Shown here: one piece after another, positions 31,421-44,900 of the stretch
How the letters are laid out: each line of letters starts with the position of its first letter
Position numbering within the stretch: position 1 is the first letter of the stretch
Assembly (NCBI GenBank): GCA_963701935.1
Contig: CAVPBT010000005.1
Span: 189,098 to 253,097 of the forward strand
DNA from: an uncultured Acidobacteriaceae bacterium
GTDB taxonomy: Bacteria; Acidobacteriota; Terriglobia; Terriglobales; Acidobacteriaceae
Reading direction: 5' to 3'
Length of the DNA: 64,000 bases
Position numbers and translations under genes: made by a program
Notes under the pieces: model-generated
What the model was told of the DNA's origin: nothing
What the model saw: only the letters and a program-made list of their open reading frames with translations
The model's database searches: none

Positions 31421-32286
31421 AGCACCACCTTGTTCAGCGGATACTCAACGATGCCCTGCGCCCTCGCCTCTTTCAGCCGCGGAATCACATCCCACGCTGC
31501 TCCCTCATCGATCACCGTATTGACCGCAAGCCACTGCTCATCACTCAAATGAGATATCGTCGGCTTCTGTAGGGCCGGCAGCACAGCCAGCACCGCCGCC
31601 AAGTCCTCCTTCTTCACATTCAGCATCAACCCCACGCGGTCCTGGGCTTCCATCGCCCCCTGCAGCATCAGAGCCAGGTTGTCGATCTTCCGTCGTTTTT
31701 CTCGATCACCATACGACGCCTTATTCGCGATCAACTGCGTGTTCGACTCCAGAACCGTCTCCAGAATGCGCAGGCGGTTGGCCTTGAGCGAACTTCCCGT
31801 CTCGGTCACTTCGACAATCGCATCGGCCAGCATGGGAGGCTTCACCTCCGTCGCGCCCCAGGAAAACTCTACCCGCACCTCGACGCCTTTCCTGCAGAAG
31901 TAGTCGCGCGTCACCTTCACCAGTTCGGTCGCGATGATTCTTCCGGTCAGTTCTTCCGCCCGCTGCACCCGAGAATCGTCCGGCACGGCCAGCACCCATC
32001 GCACCTTTCCGCGGCTGCGCTTGGCATAAATCAAATCGCTCACCGTGGCAACTTCCAGTCCGCTCTCAATCACCCAGTCGAGCCCGGTCAGCCCCGCGTC
32101 GATGGCCCCGTGCTCCACATAGCGGGCCATCTCCTGGGCTCGGATTAACATGCAATCGATCTCCGGATCGGCCGTGCTCGCGAAGTAGGACCGCCCGTTC
32201 GTATATGCAGGGAGCCCGGCTCGCGCAAATAGCTGCAACGTTGCCTCCTGCAAACTTCCTTTGGGGATTCCGATGCGGAGTTTCAT
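31417..32286 (-). CDS. hisG: ATP phosphoribosyltransferase HisG (long form)
   Basis: The ATG at 32286 ([20 protein letters not shown]...) forms an ATGA overlap with the hisI stop. The hisG stop overlaps the hisD ATG. Confidence 0.9.
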   Translation of the reverse strand: MKLRIGIPKGSLQEATLQLFARAGLPAYTNGRSYFASTADPEIDCMLIRAQEMARYVEHGAIDAGLTGLDWVIESGLEVATVSDLIYAKRSRGKVRWVLAVPDDSRVQRAEELTGRIIATELVKVTRDYFCRKGVEVRVEFSWGATEVKPPMLADAIVEVTETGSSLKANRLRILETVLESNTQLIANKASYGDREKRRKIDNLALMLQGAMEAQDRVGLMLNVKKEDLAAVLAVLPALQKPTISHLSDEQWLAVNTVIDEGAAWDVIPRLKEARAQGIVEYPLNKVVL

Positions 32287-32648
32287 CGTGCCTCCTCCGG
32301 CAGGCTCGCAGTTTCCATGGCCCGTGCAGGAATCGACTCCGTGAAGCACGAGCGTGTCCCCCGATGACAGACGACTCCCGCTCCCTCCACCTCAACCTGC
32401 AACAACAGGGTGTCGCGGTCACAGTCCGTGCAAACCGAGATGACTCGCAGCCGGTTTCCCGAACTCTCACCCTTCATCCAGAGCTGCTGCCGCGTCCGGC
32501 TGAAGAAAGTCACATACCCACCCTCCAGCGTCCGCTCCAGCGCCTGACGATTCATAAAGCCCACCATCAGCACCTCGCCGTCCGTTGAGTCCTGAACCAC
32601 GGCCGGAAGCAGCCCGCCCAACTTCTCGAAATCAAATTCCGCATTCAT
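32283..32648 (-). CDS. hisI: phosphoribosyl-AMP cyclohydrolase HisI (monofunctional)
   Basis: 121 aa. Motifs are ...LPAVVQD...[10 protein letters not shown]..., ...[18 protein letters not shown]... and ...[13 protein letters not shown].... Confidence 0.85.
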   Translation of the reverse strand: MNAEFDFEKLGGLLPAVVQDSTDGEVLMVGFMNRQALERTLEGGYVTFFSRTRQQLWMKGESSGNRLRVISVCTDCDRDTLLLQVEVEGAGVVCHRGTRSCFTESIPARAMETASLPEEAR

Positions 32649-32670
32649 ATCCGTACTTCCTCTCTCGGAG

Positions 32671-32707
32671 AAACAAAAAGCCCGCTGAGCGTTTCGCGTC
32701 AGCGGGC
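32671..32707 (-). terminator. intrinsic terminator of the his attenuator
   Basis: On the minus strand it reads GCCCGCTGA-C-GCG AAA CGC-TCAGCGGGC followed by TTTTTGTTT. It lies 38 nt after the leader stop and 22 nt before the hisI ATG. Confidence 0.7.
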
Positions 32708-32745
32708 CGGAACTCCTGATAAGTGCTGTTATCTACTCTGCAATC

Positions 32746-32814
32746 TCAGGTGCACATCGCCGCCGCCGCGCTATGCGCGTGGTGGTGATGGCGGTGATGA
32801 AAATGAGACTGCAT
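32746..32814 (-). CDS. his operon leader peptide (hisL-like), MQSHFHHRHHHHAHSAAAAMCT
   Basis: This 22-codon minus-strand ORF is too short for the ORF track. Eight of codons 4-14 are His (CAT/CAC). It sits directly upstream of the terminator hairpin and hisI. Confidence 0.65.
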   Translation of the reverse strand: MQSHFHHRHHHHAHSAAAAMCT

Positions 32815-32823
32815 CTGCGAACT

Positions 32824-32852
32824 AGACTACGAGGGCGATCCCTTCCGGTCAA
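32824..32852 (-). promoter_or_regulatory. candidate sigma70-type promoter of the his leader
   Basis: On the minus strand it reads TTGACC (32852-32847), a 17-nt spacer, then TAGTCT (32829-32824). Only 9 nt separate the -10 from the leader ATG. Confidence 0.4.
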
Positions 32853-32991
32853 TGCATTTAATCCCTTCGTCTGAGCAATTTTTCAAATGCCATCAATCCA
32901 TATTTTGGATGCTTGCCTAGAATGCCCCGACCACTCCTGATACGATTCCCCTTCACCGTTGGCCTTGATCTCCAGTGTTCCAGGAGTCTTC

Positions 32992-35900
32992 ATGAATACA
33001 TCATCTCGCGCGACTCGATTTGTGATCTTGTCTGTGATGATCGCGATTGTTCTCGTCGCTACTGCAGTTCCCGCTTACTCCCAGACAATCGTCACCAACG
33101 ATCCTCCTTTCTACGGCCCGTTCAATGCAATCTTCATTCCCGACGGCGATGGCCTGAGGAAGCCTCTTGCAAAGACTGACTCGGTCCTGCGCGCGGAGTC
33201 CCCATGGTCGCTCTACGCCTGGGTGAAGCCGTCCGAGACGACGCACGCGCTCACTCTGATAGCAGGTTTCGGAGACCCCGCGGACGAGTTCTCCAGGTAT
33301 CTCGCGCTCGATGGTGACCACCTGAGTCTCTGGATGGGCAAAGACAACAGCCTCTCCGGCCCCGCCACGCTAGCCCCCGGAAAATGGCACTTCCTCGCCG
33401 TGACGTTTAACGGCGAAGAATTCCATCTCTACAGCGACGGCGCGCAGATCGCCAGTGGCCAAACGGACTTGGGAAGCGTCGGCCCGATCCTCGAGATGGC
33501 CCCTCCTTCGCCTCCCTCCCAAACCTGGCGTCACTTTGGCGGAACCATCGCTTCTTTGACGCTGGTGAGAAGCGCTCTGAGCAGCGACGAACTCAAGCAG
33601 CTCTTCCAAACGCCAGCCGACTTCGCAAACATCGAATTCGAAGAAGGCTCGAAGCCGTGGCCCGTCCAAACGCGAGGCCAGGCCGGATACCGTGCCCCTC
33701 AGGATCCCGCGACCATGCCACGCAGCAAAGCCCCATTCTCGAGTCCAGTTGCTAAGACTCCACCGACCCAGGAGATTCTTCAGGCGAATGGCGAGGGCCA
33801 CTGGACTCTGGCGGCAGGCTGGCACATGACTCCCTCGCCAAAAGTAACTGCCGACGGCGCAGCTATCTCGCAAGTCAGATTCAACGCCAAAGACTGGATG
33901 TACGCGACCGTTCCTGGAACCGTGCTCACCACGATGGTCGATCGCGGAATCTATCCCGACCCCGACTACGGTCTCAACAACCTCGCCATCCCCGAAAGCC
34001 TGAACAAACAGGACTACTGGTACCGCATAGAATTCCACGCGCCCAAAGCCGCACGCGGACGCCGCCTCACTCTGACCTTCGAAGGCATCAACTACCACGC
34101 AACCGTGTGGCTCAACGGTCAGCAGCTTGGCATGCTCACCGGAGCCTTCATCCGCGGCGTCTTTGACGTAACCGGCGCCGTCAAGACCGACGGAGTGAAT
34201 GTTCTCGCCGTACGCGTCTCTCCTCCTCCGCATCCTGGCATTCCACAGGAACAATCCGTCAAAGGTGGGCCCGGCGAAAACGGCGGCATGATGTGTCTCG
34301 ATGGTCCCACGTTCGTCGCCACCGAAGGCTGGGATTGGATTCCTGCCGTCCGCGACCGCGACACCGGCATCTGGCAGCCGGTCACGCTGACCGCAACCAG
34401 CACGGTGAAAATCGGCGACGCGCAAGTCGTAACTTCTCTCCCCTTGCCCGACACCTCTCGCGCCGACGTCGAAATCACAGTACCGCTCGAGAATATTTCG
34501 ACTTCACCCGTGACCGGCAGCCTGAAGGCCTCCTTCGGCGACGTCGTCGTGACTAAACAACTCACGCTTCCTCCGGGCAAGAGTTCGGTGAAATTAGCGC
34601 CCGCGGAGTTCGCTCAGTTAACGGTCAAGCACCCGCGCCTCTGGTGGCCGAACGGCTATGGCAAGCCCGATCTGTATACCCTTCACCTCGCCTTCTCCGA
34701 GGGAACCACCGAGTCCGACGCCCAAGACGTGCGCTTTGGAATTCGCGAGATAACCTACGAGTTAAGCCTCCTCGACAGCACCGGCCACCTCCGCCGTTTG
34801 GAGTACTCACCAACCACAGCGAGGCTCAAGGCAGAGCCAGTCGTCGACGTCCGCCACCAAGGCATGCGCGAAATTCCCGCGGCGGATCCCTTCCCGGCAA
34901 GCTTCCCTCCAGAATGGAGAGAAGGATGGAAGTCATGGGTCGCTTCACTCGCGCCTGGCGGCGAATCCTCGCCATCGGTCAAGATGCTCGACGACACGAA
35001 AACTTCCCCCTACCTCGTCATCAAGGTCAACGGAGTACGCATCGCAGCCCGCGGCGGCAACTGGGGCATGGATGACTCCCGCAAACGTGTCTCCCGCGAG
35101 CATCTCGAACCTTATTTCCGCCTACACCGCGACGCCAACCTCAACATCATCCGCAACTGGGTCGGCCAAAACACGGAGCAGACTTTCTACGATTTAGCCG
35201 ACGAGTACGGACTCATGGTTTGGAACGATTTCTGGGAGTCCACGCAGAACTACAACGTCGAAGCCCAGAACCCAGCGCTATTCCTCGACAACGCCCGCGA
35301 CACTATCCTGCGCTTTCGCAATCATCCTTCGATCGTGGTATGGTGCGGCCGCAACGAAGGCGTGCCTCAGCCCGTCATCAATGAGGGTCTCATCGACTTG
35401 ATCACCTCTCTGGACGGCACGCGCTACTACTTTCCGAGTTCCAACCAAGTCAACCTGCAAAACAGCGGCCCGTATAAATACATGGACCCAACTCTCTACT
35501 ACACCACGCTGAACCACGGCTTCTCCGTGGAAACCGGAACTCCGTCATTCTCGACGCTGGAGTCTTTCCGCGCCTGGATTCCGAAAGAAGATCAATGGCC
35601 CATCGGCGACGACTGGGCCTACCACGACTGGCATCAAAGCGGAAACGGCGACATGGCTCCCTTCATGGCGCAAATGCAAGCCGAGTTTGGCGCACCCGTG
35701 AGCCTCGAGGATTTCGAGCGCAAGGCGCAGATGCTCAACTATGTTGATCATCGCGCGATCTTCGAAGGCATGAACGCCCACCTCTGGTCACCCAACAGCG
35801 GACGTCTTCTGTGGATGACCCAGCCCGCATGGCCGAGCAACACCTGGCAAATCCTGAACGCCGATTACGACACACAGTCTTCTTTCTACGCTGTCAAGAA

Positions 35901-36525
35901 GGCCTGCGAGCCCCTGCACATACAACTCGATCTATCGAACTACAACGTTGCGGTGGTCAATACGACGAATGATTCTCACGCAGCTCTATTGCTCGAAGCA
36001 AACGTCTATTCGCTCGACAACAAGCTGTTGCTCCACAAAGAAGAGAAACGAGAAGCAGCCGCCGACAATCTCACCGACGGATTCCAGTTGGAACTTGCCC
36101 CGTTACTCGCGTCAGAGAAACTCGTGCTGGTGAGCCTGGAACTGCACAACTCGTCCGGAGATGTCGTTTCCAGAAATTTCTACTGGCTGGGAGCGGACAG
36201 CGCGTCATACCGCCGGTTGAATCGCCTTCCGGCCGCGTCTTTGTCGGTAACCGCGAAGCCCACCCGCGTGGGGGACACAGTCCGTGTGCGAGTAGAACTC
36301 CGCAATACCGGAGCCTCGGTCGCGCTCGCCAACAAGCTGACCCTGCTGAAGGGCGCCGACGGTTCGCGCATCCTTCCCGCATACTACACGGACAACTATG
36401 TGTCGTTGCTCCCCGGAGAAAGCCGGGAGATTGAAATTGAATATCCCGCGAAATCGGCCAACGGACCAGCACAACTAGCGCTCCGCGGATGGAATCTCGC
36501 GCCCCAAGTCGTTCCCGTCCCTTAG
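32992..36525 (+). CDS. secreted glycoside hydrolase family 2 protein with N-terminal LamG/ConA-like domain
   Basis: The ATG at 32992 follows GGAG. The signal/anchor is MNTSSRATRFVILSVMIAIVLVATAVPAYSQ. The LamG-like block is ...GKWHFLAVTFNGEEFHLYSDG.... GH2 blocks are FEGINYHATVWLNGQQLG and NIIRNWVGQNTEQTFYDLADEYGLMVWNDFWES. Confidence 0.8.
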   Translation: MNTSSRATRFVILSVMIAIVLVATAVPAYSQTIVTNDPPFYGPFNAIFIPDGDGLRKPLAKTDSVLRAESPWSLYAWVKPSETTHALTLIAGFGDPADEFSRYLALDGDHLSLWMGKDNSLSGPATLAPGKWHFLAVTFNGEEFHLYSDGAQIASGQTDLGSVGPILEMAPPSPPSQTWRHFGGTIASLTLVRSALSSDELKQLFQTPADFANIEFEEGSKPWPVQTRGQAGYRAPQDPATMPRSKAPFSSPVAKTPPTQEILQANGEGHWTLAAGWHMTPSPKVTADGAAISQVRFNAKDWMYATVPGTVLTTMVDRGIYPDPDYGLNNLAIPESLNKQDYWYRIEFHAPKAARGRRLTLTFEGINYHATVWLNGQQLGMLTGAFIRGVFDVTGAVKTDGVNVLAVRVSPPPHPGIPQEQSVKGGPGENGGMMCLDGPTFVATEGWDWIPAVRDRDTGIWQPVTLTATSTVKIGDAQVVTSLPLPDTSRADVEITVPLENISTSPVTGSLKASFGDVVVTKQLTLPPGKSSVKLAPAEFAQLTVKHPRLWWPNGYGKPDLYTLHLAFSEGTTESDAQDVRFGIREITYELSLLDSTGHLRRLEYSPTTARLKAEPVVDVRHQGMREIPAADPFPASFPPEWREGWKSWVASLAPGGESSPSVKMLDDTKTSPYLVIKVNGVRIAARGGNWGMDDSRKRVSREHLEPYFRLHRDANLNIIRNWVGQNTEQTFYDLADEYGLMVWNDFWESTQNYNVEAQNPALFLDNARDTILRFRNHPSIVVWCGRNEGVPQPVINEGLIDLITSLDGTRYYFPSSNQVNLQNSGPYKYMDPTLYYTTLNHGFSVETGTPSFSTLESFRAWIPKEDQWPIGDDWAYHDWHQSGNGDMAPFMAQMQAEFGAPVSLEDFERKAQMLNYVDHRAIFEGMNAHLWSPNSGRLLWMTQPAWPSNTWQILNADYDTQSSFYAVKKACEPLHIQLDLSNYNVAVVNTTNDSHAALLLEANVYSLDNKLLLHKEEKREAAADNLTDGFQLELAPLLASEKLVLVSLELHNSSGDVVSRNFYWLGADSASYRRLNRLPAASLSVTAKPTRVGDTVRVRVELRNTGASVALANKLTLLKGADGSRILPAYYTDNYVSLLPGESREIEIEYPAKSANGPAQLALRGWNLAPQVVPVP

Positions 36526-36535
36526 CGCGGAAGGG

Positions 36536-37261
36536 TCAGGCCCCCGGCTTGATCTCGGTCGCCTTACCGTCTTCGTACACAATCACAAGCGGCTTGCCCC
36601 CGTTCGGATAATGCACCGTCTTTTCCGAACCGCCTCCCGCATCCGGCACTCCCATGCCAATGGCGAAATCGGCCTGCATTTCATTCATTCCCGGCTTCAC
36701 TTCGTGTTTCTCCACCGCCTGCCACACATCGGGTGGCCAGTGCTTGTACAAGTCATGCGGATCCTCGACGAAAAACATCTCGTCCGAATAAATCGTGTAT
36801 TGCTCCTCCGCCGCAAACCCAATCGGTACCGCGTATGTCTTTCCTTCTTTCTCAAACACGGCCATCACCTGCAGACGCTGGCCTTTCCCCGGGGGCATCG
36901 CCGTGATCACATCCTTGATCTCCAGTTTTTCGATCGGCAACAGCAGTCCTGCATCATGCGCAAAGTCGACCTTCTTCCTCACCGTGTCATAAGAGTAGTA
37001 CGTATAGCGATAACCCTCCTTCACCCATGCCGGCTGCTGGGTCAGTTGCTTCGCGCTCTTCACATCGTAGGGATGCAGCTTCTTCGGGTTGACGTAGTAA
37101 TCCGCATTGGAGTATCCAACGTTCTGCGCCTGCTTCTGCTTTTCGGCCGCGATTTTGTCCTCATGCCGCTGGTACAGAATGTAGCCCGCGCGCAAAGTCG
37201 CGACCACCAGCGCCAGCAACAGCGCCAGCTGTATCCTGTGCTTCGCTTCAGGGCTCATCAT
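36536..37261 (-). CDS. hypothetical membrane-anchored protein
   Basis: I chose the start at MMSPEAKHRIQLALLLALVVATLRAGYIL (N-terminal TM). The longer ORF-track start would overlap the divergent SufT-like gene. Confidence 0.55.
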   Translation of the reverse strand: MMSPEAKHRIQLALLLALVVATLRAGYILYQRHEDKIAAEKQKQAQNVGYSNADYYVNPKKLHPYDVKSAKQLTQQPAWVKEGYRYTYYSYDTVRKKVDFAHDAGLLLPIEKLEIKDVITAMPPGKGQRLQVMAVFEKEGKTYAVPIGFAAEEQYTIYSDEMFFVEDPHDLYKHWPPDVWQAVEKHEVKPGMNEMQADFAIGMGVPDAGGGSEKTVHYPNGGKPLVIVYEDGKATEIKPGA

Positions 37262-37394
37262 GCGCAAAACTCTACCAGATATGCCGCTCAGCGCACATCC
37301 AGCCCGTACCCTACAATGCATCTCCCGCGAAACATGGCCATCCCGCGACGCCATTCGCGTACGAGTCGTTGTAAACTGAAACGGGGGTTCTGCT

Positions 37395-37730
37395 ATGCCG
37401 ACGATCACCGAACAAGACGTAATGAGCGCTTTGAAGAGTTGCTACGATCCTGAGATCCCGGTCAACATCGTCGATCTCGGCCTGATCTACAAGGTGGATT
37501 TTGCCCCCGTGCCCGCCGAGAATCCCGAGGAACCGAAGCAGGACGTCACCGTCGAGATGACGCTGACCGCGCAAGGTTGCCCCGAGCACGTCAACATCAG
37601 CGCGCAGGTAAAATCCCGCGTCGAGCAGTTGCCCGGCGTCAGTAACTGCACTGTGAATGTAGTGTGGACCCCGCCCTGGACACCCGAGCGCCTCAGCCCC
37701 GACGCCAGAAAGCAACTCGGCATCGAATAA
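37395..37730 (+). CDS. DUF59/SufT-like metal-sulfur cluster assembly factor
   Basis: 111 aa. ...VMSALKSCYDPEIPVNIVDLGLIY...VEMTLTAQGCPE... is the family pattern. Confidence 0.8.
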   Translation: MPTITEQDVMSALKSCYDPEIPVNIVDLGLIYKVDFAPVPAENPEEPKQDVTVEMTLTAQGCPEHVNISAQVKSRVEQLPGVSNCTVNVVWTPPWTPERLSPDARKQLGIE

Positions 37731-37797
37731 GGAACCAGGCTTCCTGCTCCTGCTTGATCCATCCGGAAGCCTGAAGCCGAACGCCGGAAGCCGCTTC

Positions 37798-38076
37798 CTA
37801 TCCCCCAATTTCCTCCCAAGCCTCCACCGCGCCGCGCCCTGCCGCCTCGGTGATCCGCTTGCCCGCCTGCCCCGCCATCTCCATCACTCGCATGCCGCGC
37901 TCGAAATACTGCGGCAGCGACTGCCGCACCTTCTCGAACTTCTCCGGATATTCCGCCGCCAGCACCGCCAGCCCAACCCCAGTGGCCAGCACTCCGGCTG
38001 GATACTTCTTCTTCATAAACAGAATCCCCGCCGCACCGATCGACCCGAGAACCACCGCTTTCCGCCAGCCATCCAT
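37798..38076 (-). CDS. small membrane protein (92 aa)
   Basis: The ATG at 38076 follows GGGGGA. The sequence is MDGWRKAVVLGSIGAAGILF...GVLATGVGLAVLAA... (two TM segments). The upstream 319 codons of the ORF-track entry are antisense to the peptidase gene. Confidence 0.5.
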   Translation of the reverse strand: MDGWRKAVVLGSIGAAGILFMKKKYPAGVLATGVGLAVLAAEYPEKFEKVRQSLPQYFERGMRVMEMAGQAGKRITEAAGRGAVEAWEEIGG

Positions 38077-38199
38077 AAATCTTCCCCCTAAAGAACCGTA
38101 CTTGTTTGCGATTGTACCCCAGCGTCCGCCGACCGCACCAAAGGGCGCACTCCTGGCCTGCTTCGCATCCTTTATACTTCCAAGTTCGTTGGAGGCCCC

Positions 38200-39356
38200 A
38201 TGTCTCTTCTGCATCTCCGCCACACTGCATTCATCCTGATCGCTGCTCTGGCCACCACAGTGTCGGCACAGACCAAGCCGCGCGCCCGCGATCTCGGCGT
38301 GCCCTTCGACGGCACCCCCGGCCCGAACAACGCCATCACTGATGTTAAGGGCGTCGAAGTCGGCCACACCACGCTCATCTCCGGCGAAGGCAAACTCGAA
38401 GTCGGCAAGGGTCCAGTGCGTACCGGCGTCACCGCCATTCATCCTCGCGGCAAGGCCAGCAACGACGCCGTCTTCGCCGCCTGGTTTACGCTCAACGGCA
38501 ACGGCGAAATGACCGGTACCACCTGGGTCGACGATTCCGGATTCCTCAACGGCCCCGTCATGATCACCAACACCCACAGCGTCGGCGTCGTTCGCGATGC
38601 CGTCATCGCCTGGAAGGTCAAGCACGGCTCGCCCGACATGGAAGGCTACTGGTGGTCGCTCCCCGTCGTCGCCGAAACCTGGGATGGCTACCTCAACGAC
38701 ATCAACGGATTCCACGTCAAGCCAGAAGACGCGTGGCACGCCCTCGACGTCGCCCACACCGGCCCGGTGGAAGAAGGCAATGTCGGCGGCGGCACCGGCA
38801 TGATCTGCAACGAATTCAAAGGCGGGATCGGCACCAGCTCGCGCGTGCTCGACGCGAAGGCAGGAGGCTACACCGTCGGCGTCCTCGTGCAATGCAACTA
38901 CGGATCGCGCGAGCAGCTCCGCATCGCCGGCATCAACGTGGGCCGCGAGATTCCCGAGCACACCGTCTGGCAGAAGGACGTCGGCTCCATCATCGTCGTG
39001 GTCGCCACCAACGCTCCCCTCATTCCCACGCAACTCAAGCGCATCGCCAAGAAGATCTCTCTCGGTTTAGGACGCGACGGAAGCTACTCGGGCGACGGCT
39101 CGGGTGACATCTTCATCGCCTTCTCCACCGCGAATCCCGGCGCCGTCGGCACAAGGGACTCCACCAGCTCACCATGCTCCCCAACGATTCCCTCGATCCA
39201 ATTTTCCTGGCGACCGTCCAGGCCACCGAAGAAGCCGTCGTCAACGCCATGGTCGCCGCAGACACTATGACCGGCATCAACAATCACACGGTGATTGCCT
39301 TGCCCCACGACCGCCTCCGCGAGGCCTTGAAGAAGTACAACCGCCTCACGAAATAG
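38200..39356 (+). pseudogene. DmpA/P1 (S58) family aminopeptidase, one frameshift as sequenced
   Basis: It has a signal peptide, then ...VRTGVTAIHP..., NVGGGTGMICNEFKGGIGTSS and GDIFIAFSTAN. The C-terminus ...LTMLPNDSLDPIFLATVQATEEAVVNAM... lies in the 39174-39356 frame. The total length is 1157 nt (3n+2), so one base is missing between ~39131 and 39170. Confidence 0.8.
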
Positions 39357-39364
39357 TCAGGGTG

Positions 39365-39411
39365 CCCCACCCTTCTCGCGCTTTTCGCGAGAGGGTGGGG
39401 GTTTTGATTTT
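39365..39411 (+). terminator. intrinsic terminator after the peptidase gene
   Basis: CCCCACCCTTCTCGCG-CTTTT-CGCGAGAGGGTGGGG (one bulge) is followed by GTTTTGATTTT, starting 9 nt after the stop. Confidence 0.75.
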
Positions 39412-39446
39412 CTGGGAAGCGAGACGAGAATTCGGCAGGATCTGAT

Positions 39447-43901
<4,455 letters not shown>

Positions 43902-44099
43902 TTCATCGGGATTTCCCTGGGTCGAACCCGTGCGCCTTCGCCAGTCGAACTCGCTCTGCGTGGCGCATCAGCCTGAGGCTACGTCTCCTCCAGAGGAGAA
44001 AACGTCCCCTCAAGTCTTTGCTTTTACACTGGCCCCGCGATCTGGGGGAAGGCGGCAAACCAGCGCTTCGGATCATGACCGGAAGGTATGTTTCCAGTC

Positions 44100-44115
44100 T
44101 GTGATTCGAATCACA
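44100..44115. promoter_or_regulatory. CRP/FNR-family type palindrome TGTGATTCGAATCACA
   Basis: A fully palindromic 16-mer (TGTGA-N6-TCACA) lies about 200 nt upstream of the sigma54 activator start. Confidence 0.5.
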
Positions 44116-44270
44116 ATCGTTACGTTATGTTCGGAAATGGTACTCTGCGACGGTTGACTCTTCCGCGCACGAAAGCGGTCTTATGAGTGTACGCTTCCGC
44201 GCTTCCGGTGCAAGCAGATAATGGGAAGCACGAGGACAGCATGGATGGATTCACCGGAATGGAACTGACT

Positions 44271-44678
44271 CTAGAACGACTCCAGGTAGAACGAGCGCCG
44301 TCGGAGTCCCGCTTGCCCAGTGGATCGCGTCACCGACCGCCCCAGCAATTCGGCGATTTCTTCCTCTAGAATCTGCCGCTCTTGCACCCAGAGACGCGTA
44401 AAGCGGAACGGCTGCAAAAAGCCGTTCGTGCTCCACATCGGAAACAGCATTTCGGCGTCGGGACGCACCATGCTGCCGCCAAAGGGTATCGCCAGCCCGA
44501 CTTTCGTCCGTTCCTCAAGGTACATCGGGAGTTCCAAGAGCCCTCCCGTCACGGAAAGTTGATGCAACTTGCCGGAAAGTTGCCGCCCATTTTCCAGCTG
44601 AAGAATAGCCGAGATTCGCCCTTGCAGACTGACGCGCGTGGCGCGTGTTCCCGGCCGCATTCGAGGGGAGTAAGCCAT
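44271..44678 (-). CDS. PilZ-like domain protein
   Basis: 135 aa. RPGTR (RxxxR) is followed ~27 residues later by QLSVTGG, a variant of [D/N]xSxxG with Q in the first position. Confidence 0.55.
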   Translation of the reverse strand: MAYSPRMRPGTRATRVSLQGRISAILQLENGRQLSGKLHQLSVTGGLLELPMYLEERTKVGLAIPFGGSMVRPDAEMLFPMWSTNGFLQPFRFTRLWVQERQILEEEIAELLGRSVTRSTGQAGLRRRSFYLESF

Positions 44679-44690
44679 TGGCCAGATCTA

Positions 44691-44900
44691 CTATTTCACG
44701 GGGGACAACGCCGCCAGCAGACGATTCGTCCGCCGCATCAGGTCCCAGTCGTACTCGTACGCCGCCCCGCAACCCAGGCACCTCTGATAGTAGCGGCCGT
44801 TTTCGTCAATCCGCGGCCACGAGAACCGGTGCGTACAGCCTTGCCCAAAAAGCCGTTTCAGGAATCTCAATGGGGCGCCCCCTGGTTGCGGTGTTTCCAA
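44691..44900 (-). CDS. small Cys-containing protein (zinc-ribbon-like)
   Basis: 69 aa. ...CTHRFSWPRIDENGRYYQRCLGCGAAYEYDW... It lies between the receiver and PilZ genes and overlaps the receiver gene's 3' end by 34 nt. Confidence 0.5.
   Translation of the reverse strand: METPQPGGAPLRFLKRLFGQGCTHRFSWPRIDENGRYYQRCLGCGAAYEYDWDLMRRTNRLLAALSPVK

Noticed and set aside
38077-39033. Upstream 319 codons of the minus-strand ORF 37798-39033, and ORF 37487-38230
   Set aside because: They are antisense to the DmpA-like peptidase gene and consist of Gly/Asp/Ala-rich nonsense. Only the last 92 codons (from the ATG at 38076, with RBS) look like a gene.
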